Origin: Methylobacter sp.
GTDB lineage: Bacteria; Pseudomonadota; Gammaproteobacteria; Methylococcales; Methylomonadaceae
Direction: 5' to 3'
DNA length: 64,000 nt
NCBI GenBank assembly: GCA_030653985.1
Contig: JAURYJ010000086.1
Coordinates: 16,725 to 80,724 of the forward strand
Shown piece after piece: positions 40,645 to 51,146 of this stretch (positions within the stretch are counted from its first letter, which is position 1; the number at the start of each line of letters is the position of its first letter). The notes under the pieces were generated by a model. That model worked only from the letters and a program-made list of their open reading frames with translations, ran no database searches and was not told where the DNA came from. A program made the translations under genes and the position numbers.

Positions 40645-42092
40645 CAATGATCCGGCCTGATTGCGCACGACAAATCATAAGCCGTGCCGTCGTCCATCTG
40701 GCCGGTCATCACCCGGCCTGAGCGCTGTTGAAACGCACTTAGCGCCTGCTGCGTCCATTGACCCATGATGCCATCGGCAGCCGTTGCTGCCAGTAAGCCT
40801 TGAGTGACCAAAATATGCTGAACGATACGGGTGTCTTCGGATGGCGTGGAAAAGGGTAATGGGGTGCCACTGACAGGCGAACGATAGAGCACCAGCTTCA
40901 GGCCATCGCGCCATTCAAACACCGGCAGACCGGCACACGTTGTTGTTGCAGCGGTACTGATCAAAGCCAGCTTGATGTCTGTTTCTTGTAATAAGGTATG
41001 GCGCAACCGGTTGATGGCATCGACATTGGGTAGCGGAAATGCCTGCAGATAATGATCCAATCCGTAAGCGGCGAGAAACAGCTGCCATTTTTCACTCGGA
41101 GCAGAAACAGGAGCAGGTTCGGCAACGGCGGTGATAAAAACGCGCTTAGCTAACATCGTTGCTAAGGTCGGCAGTAACAGATAACCGCCTAATAACAGCC
41201 CGCAGAGCGCGATAACCGAGGTGATCTTTACTCTATTGCGCTTCTTTGGGGGCAATAAAATCAGGTCTTTAGCCGCTTCCCGGACCAGACTGGCACTGAT
41301 AGTTCTGCGCTTGTAGGCTAACAAGCCATACAAACAGCGATCCATCAATAAATTGATAATACGCGGATAGCCGCCGCTGTATTGGGTAATCAGATGAAGA
41401 GCCGCGCCGGTTAATTCAATACCAAGCGGTTGGCCGGTCACCGTTAAACAACGATCAATATAGTCACCGACTTCCTGCTGAGAGAAAGGCTTTAATTGAC
41501 AGTGCAAGGCAATTCGACTTCTTAATTGCCTGATTTCGGGTCTTGCCAGGGTGGTTAAAATTTCGGGCTGAGCCACCAGAAGAATTTGTATCAGCTTATC
41601 TTCGTTGGTTTCCAGGTTAGAAAGCTGGCGCACTAACTCGAGACTCTCAATGGAAAGGTTTTGCGCATCATCAATGATAATGATGCAATTTTTGCCCTTG
41701 GAAAACTCCGCCAACAGAAAATGATTGAGCGCTTCCAGCTGATGAATCAAACCGGGTTTTTTTGACTGGATACCCAAGTCTTGATTGATGCTTTCAATCA
41801 AGGCCGAACCCTGTAAAAACGTATTAAACAATAAAGCTATGCTGACTTTACTATGATCCAACTCTTTGATTATTTTTCGTACTAACGTGGTCTTACCGAT
41901 ACCGACATCACCGGTGACCAGCAAAAAACCCTTGCGGATTTCAAGGAAATGCAAAATCTCGTCAACATGCGCTAACAATCGTAACGGGGCGTAATAACGC
42001 TCCGGGTTTGGCGTCACTGGAAACGGAATCTTATCGAATCCGAGTGACTCCATATACAGCGGTTGATAACGAGATGTTACTGCAATAGCCAT
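40644..42092 (-). CDS. ExeA/MshM-like AAA ATPase with C-terminal peptidoglycan-binding domain
   Basis: PFPVTP, GDVGIGKTT, IIIDDAQNL, QLRSRI, GYPRIIN; TM helix; C-terminal DGIMG..T..ALSAFQ. Confidence 0.9.
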   Translation of the reverse strand: MAIAVTSRYQPLYMESLGFDKIPFPVTPNPERYYAPLRLLAHVDEILHFLEIRKGFLLVTGDVGIGKTTLVRKIIKELDHSKVSIALLFNTFLQGSALIESINQDLGIQSKKPGLIHQLEALNHFLLAEFSKGKNCIIIIDDAQNLSIESLELVRQLSNLETNEDKLIQILLVAQPEILTTLARPEIRQLRSRIALHCQLKPFSQQEVGDYIDRCLTVTGQPLGIELTGAALHLITQYSGGYPRIINLLMDRCLYGLLAYKRRTISASLVREAAKDLILLPPKKRNRVKITSVIALCGLLLGGYLLLPTLATMLAKRVFITAVAEPAPVSAPSEKWQLFLAAYGLDHYLQAFPLPNVDAINRLRHTLLQETDIKLALISTAATTTCAGLPVFEWRDGLKLVLYRSPVSGTPLPFSTPSEDTRIVQHILVTQGLLAATAADGIMGQWTQQALSAFQQRSGRVMTGQMDDGTAYDLSCAIRPDH

Positions 42093-42093
42093 G

Positions 42094-43206
42094 TCATTTA
42101 TTGATTGATTTTGCTAATTTATCAACAGCGCCTGACTGAGGGAATTGCTCTTTTAAAAAACGCACCCGATTTTTCGCCTGTTCCAAGCGACCCAACTGAT
42201 ATTCAAGTAAGGCCAGGTTATAACCCGCTTCCAAATCGTTGGGCGCCATGGCGATAATATTTTTGTAAGCGGTAGCGGCGGCTTCCTTATCGCCTGTTAC
42301 GCTTAAGTAATAAGCGGATAATCTTTTGTAAACCATGCTTTCAGTACCGGCAATATCGCCGAGTGACTGTAATTTTATTTCAGCCGTGGTGAAATCCTTG
42401 CTTCGAATAGCCTGCTTTGCGCTGGAGATAATATGCTCAAGAGCGGCGTGTCTCTGGGGTTTAGTGGCGCTAACCGAGCCACTATTGTCGGACAAATTAA
42501 CGTCATACGGCTGTTTGGTGTGTATAGCCGCTTGCGATCGTTGCGACCGCCTGTCGTTTGCAACGATGGTTTTAGCAAAACGTTTAGGCTGATTTTCGGA
42601 CTGCACCCGGGTATCAATGGTTACCTGCTCGCGCGGCGTTGCGGTTAACACCGCAGTCGTCGACAATTGGCCTGATGTTGCTTCGGCCAAAGGGACAGAA
42701 AACGTGATTTTAGGCGATGTAGCTGCCGCCTTATCATTAAACTGAGATCTTGTCGGCGTATCGATCTGAGCCACGGTGACCGGCATAGTGGCGACCACTT
42801 CAGTGGAGCGGGCAAAGCTTGGCTTAAACGGTTTTTCAACGGCAACGCTGGCTACCGGCGTCTTGATCTCAGCGACGCTTGGCGCAACCGCTAAAACAGG
42901 CGGCGCTGTCGCCTCTGCGGCAGCGCCATCAATGACTGCCGACATATCCGCCGGTGTGGGTACGGGTTTTACCTTAACATCGGTTTGGCTAGACGCAACC
43001 CGCTCATTTATGCCAAATTGTCCTGCGTTTGCCAGCATTAAGCCGCCACCGACGGTTAATGCGGTGACGCCCCAGATCCATTTCATCTTGGCGTTAAGCC
43101 GAGACGGGCCTTGCTCTTCAGCATGACCTTCCAGTCCCGGTTCTTTAGCCGCCAATTGCGCATTTTTGTTTTTGGCATTTTCCAAGGCTTTATAGACTAG
43201 ACTCAT
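42094..43206 (-). CDS. Membrane-anchored TPR protein (MshN/ExeB-like)
   Basis: MSLVYKAL N-terminus, TM helix, Pro/Ala/Thr linker, C-terminal TPR (AGYNLALLEYQLG). Confidence 0.7.
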   Translation of the reverse strand: MSLVYKALENAKNKNAQLAAKEPGLEGHAEEQGPSRLNAKMKWIWGVTALTVGGGLMLANAGQFGINERVASSQTDVKVKPVPTPADMSAVIDGAAAEATAPPVLAVAPSVAEIKTPVASVAVEKPFKPSFARSTEVVATMPVTVAQIDTPTRSQFNDKAAATSPKITFSVPLAEATSGQLSTTAVLTATPREQVTIDTRVQSENQPKRFAKTIVANDRRSQRSQAAIHTKQPYDVNLSDNSGSVSATKPQRHAALEHIISSAKQAIRSKDFTTAEIKLQSLGDIAGTESMVYKRLSAYYLSVTGDKEAAATAYKNIIAMAPNDLEAGYNLALLEYQLGRLEQAKNRVRFLKEQFPQSGAVDKLAKSINK

Positions 43207-45038
43207 ATTTGACGCACCCGCAATATCAAGACAAATTCACGCGCATGCGCCGTATGTCCGCGCCCGCCAAATAAAGTACCCAGGTACGGAATATCCGATA
43301 AAAGTGGAATGCCATGGCCACTGTCGCCGTAACTTTCGCTAATCAGCCCGCCTAATATCACTACATCGCCATCACCGATACTTAACGATGTTGTTAACCC
43401 TTTAAAGTCAGTTTTGGGCAGGGACACCAAAATAGGATTTTCACTGCCGCCCACATTGACCGGGGTGGTACTGCCGGGCAGAACTTTGGTTTGCATCGGA
43501 TTAATCGTTAAATTGATGGTTTTATGATTGGTCACAAACGGAATGACGCCCAGGACAATACCATCAAAGATATTGCCGGTTATCACGTTAGACGATACCG
43601 TTGATTGACCGCCGCCAGCGTTGGAGACGTTGGACATGGTTTGCGATATATAGCGCTCAGTTCGACCGACACTGACGATAGCCGGTTGTGAGTTTTTCAC
43701 CCGTATTGACGGATTCGACAGCACTTTTATGGTGCCGAATGTCTTCATGATGTCAACTGCAGCGGCTACAGGGCCCGCTATATAAGCGGCGCCTAAACCG
43801 ACCGGTCCGCCTATTGCGGCAGCGGGAATAGTTAAGGTGCGTCCACCGTCAAAACTGGAACCGGGAAACGTGGTGTTGCCTGACGACAAGTCCAGACCTA
43901 CGCCGCTGCCACTTGAGGCCGCCAGGCGATTTTTCAGCAAAGTCCAGTCAACTCCGAGTTGAAAATCATCATTCAGCTGAATATCGATAATCTGCGCTTC
44001 AATGATCACTTGTCGCTCTTGTACTTCTTTATAGTGCTCAACCAGTTGACTGATCACCGTCATCTGAGAAGGTCTGGCGCGAACAAATAAGGTGCCGGTC
44101 GATTTATTAAGCACATAAACAGGCTTGGTTGCCGCGTTGTCTGTTGTTTTATTATTATTACCGGTTTCGCTATCGGTGGTCTCGCTCGATGCTGTTTTTT
44201 CAGAGCCTGTCTCTACTTTAAGATTATCCCCGCCGGTGATGGTTCTAAACATCTCCTCGATTTCTTTATACGGGTCATCTTCACTGATATTTTTACCTTT
44301 CAAATTAAAGGCGCTTTGCATGCCGTTATTGGAGCTACCGCCACCGCCGCCCATACCGCCGCCGCCACCCATGCCGCCACCGCCCATACCGCCGCCACCA
44401 CCGGTACCGCCGCCACCGGTACCACCGCCGCCACTGCCGGAAGCGCTCATACCGGAGCCAAAGACGTCGCCACCCGCTCTAAAATCAACCGAGGTCATGG
44501 TTTGTAGAAACTCAAGATCGAACACCTGTTCTTTCAGCGGTCGCACCATCATCACATTGTCTTTGATTTCACCGTCCATATCGAGCATGCGCAGCACTTG
44601 ATAAAACACCTGATTGGCCGGCAGATCTTTTAGATGCAGGGTAATTCTTTGCTTCATTTCAGCTAACTCAGGCGCAAGAATGACATTCATTTTGGCCTGA
44701 TCGGCAATCACATAAAAAATATTCTGCGCATCTTCGTTATCGACATCAACGGACACAGTGATTGCTTCCAAAGGATCAAAAGAAGGCTCCATTGGCATTA
44801 ATTCGGCAGCCGGGTTTATTTTTTCCACTCGACGGCTTAACGCATCCTGCTCCTCTGCGTATTTATTCGATTCAGCGGCAACGCTTTTACCAATAAGAGG
44901 CAGCGACTGTTGGTTGGTTTGTTCAATGTTGCGTTTATTAGGCAGTGAAGGATCAAGGCTGCAAGAAACAGCAAGCGAACCCATCATGGCAACCTTAAAT
45001 AAGCCTTGAAATTTTTTTGAAAAAGGTGGTTTCATCAT
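43203..45038 (-). CDS. Secretin, MshL-like lipoprotein
   Basis: LAVSC lipobox; QVIIEAQII, GVDW, VLSNPSI, VILGGLI, IPLLSDIPYLGTLF; Gly-rich linker. Confidence 0.93.
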   Translation of the reverse strand: MMKPPFSKKFQGLFKVAMMGSLAVSCSLDPSLPNKRNIEQTNQQSLPLIGKSVAAESNKYAEEQDALSRRVEKINPAAELMPMEPSFDPLEAITVSVDVDNEDAQNIFYVIADQAKMNVILAPELAEMKQRITLHLKDLPANQVFYQVLRMLDMDGEIKDNVMMVRPLKEQVFDLEFLQTMTSVDFRAGGDVFGSGMSASGSGGGGTGGGGTGGGGGMGGGGMGGGGGMGGGGGSSNNGMQSAFNLKGKNISEDDPYKEIEEMFRTITGGDNLKVETGSEKTASSETTDSETGNNNKTTDNAATKPVYVLNKSTGTLFVRARPSQMTVISQLVEHYKEVQERQVIIEAQIIDIQLNDDFQLGVDWTLLKNRLAASSGSGVGLDLSSGNTTFPGSSFDGGRTLTIPAAAIGGPVGLGAAYIAGPVAAAVDIMKTFGTIKVLSNPSIRVKNSQPAIVSVGRTERYISQTMSNVSNAGGGQSTVSSNVITGNIFDGIVLGVIPFVTNHKTINLTINPMQTKVLPGSTTPVNVGGSENPILVSLPKTDFKGLTTSLSIGDGDVVILGGLISESYGDSGHGIPLLSDIPYLGTLFGGRGHTAHAREFVLILRVRQI

Positions 45039-45091
45039 TATTTTTTGTCTGCTATAAAAAGGTTAAAACGCGGGTTGAGCTGAATTTTTAG

Positions 45092-45889
45092 CTATTGTTT
45101 CAGGAAAGAAATCAATTGTTCAAAGGTCGTAACAATGACCTTATCATCGTAGTTCGACGACGCCGCCAAGGTCGGCGGAGCAAAACATTTAACATTGTTG
45201 CCGGTCGGCAAGCTCACACCGTTATGAGGGCCGTCAAAAATCGAATTGTTTTTATCCATATCCACACTGCCTCCGGAAATTAGCGCAAAGGCAACATTCG
45301 CGACCGTGTTAGTCGCACAATTGCTGACGCCAGTCGCCGCGCCATCGCCGGTGATATTCAAATAAAGTGGACTGACCGCCACCGATGCTGCTGAAACCAA
45401 GGCAATCATTAAATCGTCGCTATTCCGATAATTGTTAGCCGCCGGTGCATCACCATTTCTTTCGATCAGGCTAGCCAAGTCTGCATCGGGGCTAGCTACA
45501 CTATTACGATACACCGCATAAACAAGATCAGCGCCAGCACCGGTGCCCAATACCGCCGGAGGCGTCACGCCCAAGGTGACATAAGGCACGCCGCCCGACA
45601 CATAACTACCGGCCGTGCAAACTCCGGCACTGCCTTCAATACCGTCGGCACTGCCTTCAATACCGTCGGCATTATCGTCAGCGCAAGGCAAACGGTGATT
45701 ACGTTGGGCAAAGGCAATAATCGCCGCGTTTACCCTGATCATTTCTCCGGTTTTTGAAGCCGCATCGCTAGCGCCGACGGTGGGACGATAAGCCGACATC
45801 GCCGCTGCGGTAATGATGCCGGTGGTGACAATCACAACCGCCATTTCCACCATTGAATAACCGCGTTCGCGCCGGAATGCTGGCATCAT
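45092..45889 (-). CDS. Type IV prepilin-like protein, family B (short form without extension)
   Basis: ERG|YSMVE; RLPCA, VPYVTLG, YAVYR, DMDKNNSIFDG, YDD. Confidence 0.85.
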   Translation of the reverse strand: MMPAFRRERGYSMVEMAVVIVTTGIITAAAMSAYRPTVGASDAASKTGEMIRVNAAIIAFAQRNHRLPCADDNADGIEGSADGIEGSAGVCTAGSYVSGGVPYVTLGVTPPAVLGTGAGADLVYAVYRNSVASPDADLASLIERNGDAPAANNYRNSDDLMIALVSAASVAVSPLYLNITGDGAATGVSNCATNTVANVAFALISGGSVDMDKNNSIFDGPHNGVSLPTGNNVKCFAPPTLAASSNYDDKVIVTTFEQLISFLKQ

Positions 45890-45895
45890 CCTATC

Positions 45896-46555
45896 TCAAT
45901 GCGGCGGAATGACACTGACCGGGGACTTTATCTGTGCCTGTAATTTATTGAGCCGGTCAAGCGCCGCATTCAGCTTGTTGCTGTCGACCGGGCTGTGCTT
46001 GCTCAGCGCTTGAATTTCCTCACTGACGGTTTGAAGCTGTTTAGCCACCTCAAGATTTTTTTGCGCTATCGAAAAATCCATTCCCTGAAAATGAACCCCG
46101 CTTTGCTCCATGCCTTGTAATTCAGCCAATAGTTTGGCGACTTCGTCTATATTGGCGGCTTTACCGGTTGCCATCAGTCCCAGCAAGCGCTGCTGAATGT
46201 CTTGAAGTTTTTTTACATTGTCCGGTTGCAAGTTGGCCGGCAAGGGCGGCGTTTGCATCGGCGGCTTAGGCAGCGCCTGGCTTGCAGGCGCTTGCATCGG
46301 TTTGGCATTTAACTCAATTGGGCTTGGACTGCTTTCGCTAGCATCACTGTCAGTGTAGTCACCGCTAGTATGTGTAGACGGGGGCGCAGACTCATTTTTT
46401 GTTGGCGCGGGCGTTGGTTGCTGCCGCGCAATATCCCGCATCATGTCGTATTGATTCAGCAATTGCGCTTTTTCCGATTCGGATTGCGCCCAAAGCAACA
46501 TAAAAGTCAGCGCGGCAATGGCCGCCGCCGCTAAAGCCACATAAATTAATCTCAT
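45896..46555 (-). CDS. Hypothetical membrane-anchored protein (Pro-rich linker, helical C-domain)
   Basis: N-terminal TM helix; tightly coupled within the operon. Confidence 0.7.
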   Translation of the reverse strand: MRLIYVALAAAAIAALTFMLLWAQSESEKAQLLNQYDMMRDIARQQPTPAPTKNESAPPSTHTSGDYTDSDASESSPSPIELNAKPMQAPASQALPKPPMQTPPLPANLQPDNVKKLQDIQQRLLGLMATGKAANIDEVAKLLAELQGMEQSGVHFQGMDFSIAQKNLEVAKQLQTVSEEIQALSKHSPVDSNKLNAALDRLNKLQAQIKSPVSVIPPH

Positions 46556-46567
46556 GCCCGATCCTGA

Positions 46568-47335
46568 TTAGTGATTAACGACAGGCGTTAAAGCGCCGTC
46601 TTTGCCGTATTTATTTAAGGTAAGTTGGTACACGCTTTTTGCCTTGCGCAAAAACACCGATGATTCACTGATTTGATAGACACTGACCCCGTCGCCTAAG
46701 CCGTAACCCTCAACGACGAAGGCTCCATTAATAACGGCACGTTTGGCTCCAGGCCCATGAAACACCATGGTTAACACATAATCCTGCCACCAGTTCGGAT
46801 CGACGTTAACGCGGCTTTTTTTAGGCCTAGGCTTGGGCACTTGCACGACTTCAGGGGGCGGTACCTTATTACACTCGGCAACAAGGCTTTGTCCGGCGTT
46901 GTCCTTAGAAATGCTGTCGCAGCGTTGCAACTCGAAATCCGGCCAAGTGTCAGCCTTAATTTTTATAGCTTGTGACTGACTGAAAACCGGCTGTACCTGT
47001 GCATTGATGAGCGTGGCAACAACCCGTTGGGTGTTCACTTGCTGAGGCGAGGGGTCAATAATAAATTTTCCGGGAAGTCCGGCTTTGGCATCCTGACTTT
47101 CCTGATACCGGGGAACTTGCGCCAATAGCCATTGAATGCTTTGTTGCTCAGTCATTGCCGTCTGATTAGCCTTATTGAGACGCGACTGTAAGTTAAATAA
47201 CTCGGTGCCGACTGCGCTACGCTGAAGGCTGGCCTTAGTGTTCATTGTTGCGCTCAAACGCCAGGCGACAACGGCTGAAAACACAAACAGTAACGCCATA
47301 ATAGTGCCCAGCGCCTTCATCAATTTTCCCGCCAT
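46568..47335 (-). CDS. Hypothetical pilus-assembly protein (MshK-like C-terminus)
   Basis: TM helix; C-terminal AVINGAFVVEG..V..I...V.L pattern typical of MshK/GspC-like domains. Confidence 0.6.
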   Translation of the reverse strand: MAGKLMKALGTIMALLFVFSAVVAWRLSATMNTKASLQRSAVGTELFNLQSRLNKANQTAMTEQQSIQWLLAQVPRYQESQDAKAGLPGKFIIDPSPQQVNTQRVVATLINAQVQPVFSQSQAIKIKADTWPDFELQRCDSISKDNAGQSLVAECNKVPPPEVVQVPKPRPKKSRVNVDPNWWQDYVLTMVFHGPGAKRAVINGAFVVEGYGLGDGVSVYQISESSVFLRKAKSVYQLTLNKYGKDGALTPVVNH

Positions 47336-48630
47336 TTCAGTAAGAAGCTGAAGGCGTTATCATTTTTCTTAATTTCAAGGCTCCGCTTATTCACTTCATA
47401 ACCTTTACTGCGCAAGGCCTCGCTTAATAACTCTTCGCCACGCACCGCGCCGGGAAACTCAACGCCTTTACCCTCAACAAGAATCGAGGGGCTTTCGCCT
47501 TCGCTGTTGATCACTTCAACACGCCTGATCATCACCAGATCGGACAAAGACGCCCTGATATCCATCATCACCCGGCGCACATCCCGAACTCGGGTTTTCT
47601 GCAGCTCAGCAGCAAACTTGGCAGACTCTGTAATCATCGGTGAGCGCTCCGCCTCAGCGGTCAGCATGGCCTGGTGCAATTGTCCGATCTTGGTAAATTC
47701 AGCACTGCCTTCTAATTGACTCACGGTTTGTTTTACCGAGTTGAGTTGAAAATAAGCCGCTACATTCCATACCAATAATACCGCGCAAGCGCTTGCCGCC
47801 AATCCTGCCAGCCAGGGCATAACGCTGTCGGCTATCAGGGTCAGGCGCTGATCGGTTTTATTGCTGAGTACATCCTTGACGGTCAGCGCCTTAAACAGCT
47901 GATCGCCCGAACTTATGCCTACCGTTTCGTTACCATAAAAGGGCAATTCGGCCGCCAGTTCCGCCGAACAAAAGGTTGCTCGTCGTTTGAATTCAGCAAA
48001 CCACGATTCAGCCTCGCTAGAGGCTGAATCGTGCACCAGCCAGACGACCTTTGTCGGTAACTCGGCACCGCGCTTTTCCACGGCGGCAAAGGCTTGCAGC
48101 AATTGCACCACCATTTTGTCACCATCGTCGTCTCTGGCGTAAACCAGCAGACGTTCCGCAGCCACGGCATGACCGTTATTGACCAAAACAAAATCGACGC
48201 AGCGTCCATGTTGCAGCACTACCGCCGTGCTTTCGCCGGTTATCGACAACGCATAACGATATAAACAGTGCGCCAATGCCATCGGGTGACAAGGTTCTTT
48301 ATGCGCTTGACAATTCCGGCCATACGTCAAAAAAGTATCGACCGACACCGCCGTATATAAGGCAACGCTGAGCCCTGCTATGCGACTGACCTGATGAATG
48401 ATGACCTCGCTAAAACCATCAATCAGTCCGTTGTCACGCAACTTTTTTTCCAGAACGATGCTGACCTGGTCTACGCTGGCGTTTAAAGCCTCCACCCCAA
48501 AAGCGCTACCGGCATAATCGGTAATCATGCGTACCGGAGCAGGAACATCATCCAGACCGGGCAAGGCTAAGGCGCCGACATCGGTGAAGGTTGACAGTTC
48601 GCCATTTAAATCAAGCAGCCTGACATACAT
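47320..48630 (-). CDS. Putative alignment-complex protein (PilM/PilN- or GspL/MshI-like)
   Basis: Cytoplasmic N-domain, single TM helix at about residue 270-295, coiled coil and small periplasmic domain; assignment is from topology and position. Confidence 0.5.
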   Translation of the reverse strand: MYVRLLDLNGELSTFTDVGALALPGLDDVPAPVRMITDYAGSAFGVEALNASVDQVSIVLEKKLRDNGLIDGFSEVIIHQVSRIAGLSVALYTAVSVDTFLTYGRNCQAHKEPCHPMALAHCLYRYALSITGESTAVVLQHGRCVDFVLVNNGHAVAAERLLVYARDDDGDKMVVQLLQAFAAVEKRGAELPTKVVWLVHDSASSEAESWFAEFKRRATFCSAELAAELPFYGNETVGISSGDQLFKALTVKDVLSNKTDQRLTLIADSVMPWLAGLAASACAVLLVWNVAAYFQLNSVKQTVSQLEGSAEFTKIGQLHQAMLTAEAERSPMITESAKFAAELQKTRVRDVRRVMMDIRASLSDLVMIRRVEVINSEGESPSILVEGKGVEFPGAVRGEELLSEALRSKGYEVNKRSLEIKKNDNAFSFLLKWREN

Positions 48631-49148
48631 TACTGCGGCTTCCTGGCGTAATAACGCCCTAGAATGGTGACAAAAACAGCATCTCTGCTTCCTTGTCGCC
48701 AGCGGAATAAATCATCTTTTGAATCGGCCACCTTAGCTTCAAAGCGTTCCGGGATGAAATACACGGTAGGTGATTGCGCAATACTGTCCAGGTACACCTC
48801 AGCTTCGGCACGCGTGGCTTCCAGTTTGCTTAATTTGATCTGGCGCATAGCCCAATCTGCGGGTACTAAACCACGTTGCTCAATGTCTGAGGATAACTGC
48901 TTCAGTTCGGCGTTGTGCTCGACAAAAACCGAATACAGCCGTTCAACGTCAACCAGTTGACTTAAACTGAGCTGTATCGCATTAAGGGTTTTTTCCCGCT
49001 CGGCTTGCTGCTGATGGCTTTGATCAAGCGACACCCACAGCAGCGGAAATAACACCGCACTGCAGACGCCGACAGAAAAGACCGCTAGACGCTGCCTGGC
49101 GGTTTTTTGGCATGACAAGACAAACTGTTGTTGAACCTGAGCTCGCAT
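48630..49148 (-). CDS. Putative PilO/GspM/MshJ-like protein
   Basis: TM helix, coiled coil and small domain; adjacent to the PilN-like gene. Confidence 0.5.
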   Translation of the reverse strand: MRAQVQQQFVLSCQKTARQRLAVFSVGVCSAVLFPLLWVSLDQSHQQQAEREKTLNAIQLSLSQLVDVERLYSVFVEHNAELKQLSSDIEQRGLVPADWAMRQIKLSKLEATRAEAEVYLDSIAQSPTVYFIPERFEAKVADSKDDLFRWRQGSRDAVFVTILGRYYARKPQ

Positions 49149-49153
49149 AGGGC

Positions 49154-49972
49154 TTATTGGTCCATGATCCAGTGCGCAGTCAATAATATGACCCGATTTT
49201 CATCCTGGCTTTCACCCAGGCTAAACGCAGTAGGCATTTGATTACCCATGGCATAGGTGTTGTTTGCCAACCATTCATGACCGGGTCGTTGCCGACTTTG
49301 CTCTCTGTCGTTATTGTCATTATTCTGCTGCCGGAACCGACCTTCTAATGCATCGGGCTTGCCGTCAACAAACTGATCCAGCATCCGCGCCATATCCGGT
49401 GTCAATCCGCGCAATACCATGACGTTGCCGGAACCGCTGACAGTACGATCGGGATTCCACTGGAAACAAATCTGTATCTCCGCCGGATTGCCGTTGCTGT
49501 CTTCATAAACGTAGCGATCTTCTTTATCTTCGGCACGCCCCGGAGGCATTCTGATGCCAACCCGATCAAGCAACCAATGCAAATCCTGATTAGCCAGGGT
49601 TCTATCGCCAATACCTACGGAGCCTTGCGGATAGCCTTGACCATGACAAATGCGCCGACCGGTCTGCAAATAATTTTCCGGTATACCGGCAACCGAGCCG
49701 TCGTCATAGCTTAAATAGGCTTCGGCTCCGGCAACCATGTAAGTGGGGGCGACCTGATTGTCGCCCAGCATGACTCCGGTACGTTGATAGTACTGGTCGT
49801 AGGCCTGCTTCCACGGCAGCACAAATTTCTGCGTCAGTTTATGGTGTTCAGCCTGCTGAATCACGTCCTTACCCACAGAAACCGAACCCACCAGCAAGCC
49901 CATTACCGCCAGTACTATGGATATTTCAACCAGACTATAACCGCGCTGGGAGGATAAAACGCGCTTGCTCAT
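49154..49972 (-). CDS. Type IV prepilin-like protein, family A
   Basis: QRG|YSLVE; GIRMPPGRAE, DSNGNP, GNVMVLRGLTP motifs. Confidence 0.87.
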   Translation of the reverse strand: MSKRVLSSQRGYSLVEISIVLAVMGLLVGSVSVGKDVIQQAEHHKLTQKFVLPWKQAYDQYYQRTGVMLGDNQVAPTYMVAGAEAYLSYDDGSVAGIPENYLQTGRRICHGQGYPQGSVGIGDRTLANQDLHWLLDRVGIRMPPGRAEDKEDRYVYEDSNGNPAEIQICFQWNPDRTVSGSGNVMVLRGLTPDMARMLDQFVDGKPDALEGRFRQQNNDNNDREQSRQRPGHEWLANNTYAMGNQMPTAFSLGESQDENRVILLTAHWIMDQ

Positions 49973-49985
49973 AAGCCTGCTCCGG

Positions 49986-50807
49986 TTACTGATTCATTTT
50001 GTAGTTGGCGACGACGGTGATAATTTGGTCTTCGTCCAGGTTGCCACCTGCAGTCGTACCGCCACCGGCAGGCAGAGCTGTTGCCGCATAATTCTGCGTA
50101 TTATTTGCCCCCCATTCAACGCCCGGGGCGCCTGCTGTGCCATTTGCTATTCCTTCCTGTCTAAAAACGCCTTCCTGGGCATCGGGTTTGCCGTCGATCA
50201 TCTGATCCAGTTCTCGGGCCAGTTCGGGCGTTAACCCGCCAATCACCATCACATTGCCGGACCCTGATGGTGTCGTTGGTTTATTCCATTGAAAACAAAC
50301 CTGGACTTCCTGCGGGTTGCCGTTGCTGTCCAAATAAAGATAACGGTCTTCCGAGCCTTCGGCACGTCCGGGCGGCATGCGTATGCCCAGCCTGTCCATA
50401 TGGGCATGTAAATTCACTTGGCCTGCCGTTCCGGCCATATGAGGCTCTTTGGCAGCTTGACAAATTAACCCGGGGGAAGTGATTCCGCTCATATCATGTC
50501 CTGAAATAGGGTTTACTTCCGGTGCATCATCTGTTCCCGCGGACGCAGCAAAAGCCGCACCATTCACCATAAAGCGCGGCGCGGTCTGGCTATCCCCCAA
50601 GACCACGCCGGCTCGGGCATAATGTTCGTTGTAGGCAGCCGCCCACTGATCGATAAATTTTTGTTTGAGTTTGGTATATTCGGCATTCCTCTGCACATCT
50701 TTACCGATCGACACCGCTCCCAAGATCAGGCCAATAACGACCAATACCACCGACATTTCAACCAGGGTAAAACCTGTTTGCGATTTTTTATTTATGAGTT
50801 GATTCAC
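49986..50807 (-). CDS. Type IV prepilin-like protein, family A (first gene, candidate major subunit)
   Basis: QTG|FTLVE; AGGAG SD; first gene of the operon. Confidence 0.88.
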   Translation of the reverse strand: MNQLINKKSQTGFTLVEMSVVLVVIGLILGAVSIGKDVQRNAEYTKLKQKFIDQWAAAYNEHYARAGVVLGDSQTAPRFMVNGAAFAASAGTDDAPEVNPISGHDMSGITSPGLICQAAKEPHMAGTAGQVNLHAHMDRLGIRMPPGRAEGSEDRYLYLDSNGNPQEVQVCFQWNKPTTPSGSGNVMVIGGLTPELARELDQMIDGKPDAQEGVFRQEGIANGTAGAPGVEWGANNTQNYAATALPAGGGTTAGGNLDEDQIITVVANYKMNQ

Positions 50808-51146
50808 TTAAAATCTCCTGTGTAAATCATTGCAAAGCGCTAAAGCCATTGACGACCGATAAAAAACCAACGACTACATTTATGTTGAGTACTAGGTATT
50901 TCTACGTAATACTATATACGAGAGATTTGTGATGAAGCGCACATTAATTCTTATCCAATCCTGTCAAATACTACCCTGAGCCATATACTGAAACGACGGT
51001 CCTAAACAACAGGACTTAAGGACCTACCCCCTTTATTTTTAAAATTTTCTATAAAATCAGCTGCTTGAGTATGCAGACAAGACTAAGCTTAACGATTTTT
51101 AAAAAACCTGCGCGCTATTACCCAATGCCTAAACACGATAAAACCT

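Noticed and set aside
44330-44445. Phase-variable repeat in the secretin gene, and the Pro-rich antisense ORF 44125-44601
   Set aside because: Imperfect in-frame Gly codons of a linker common in MshL-like secretins; the antisense ORF is its shadow.
31719-50807. Canonical type II secretion system
   Set aside because: No recognisable GspG/H/I/J/K set, no PDZ-type GspC, and the secretin looks MshL-like; not fully excluded without phylogeny.
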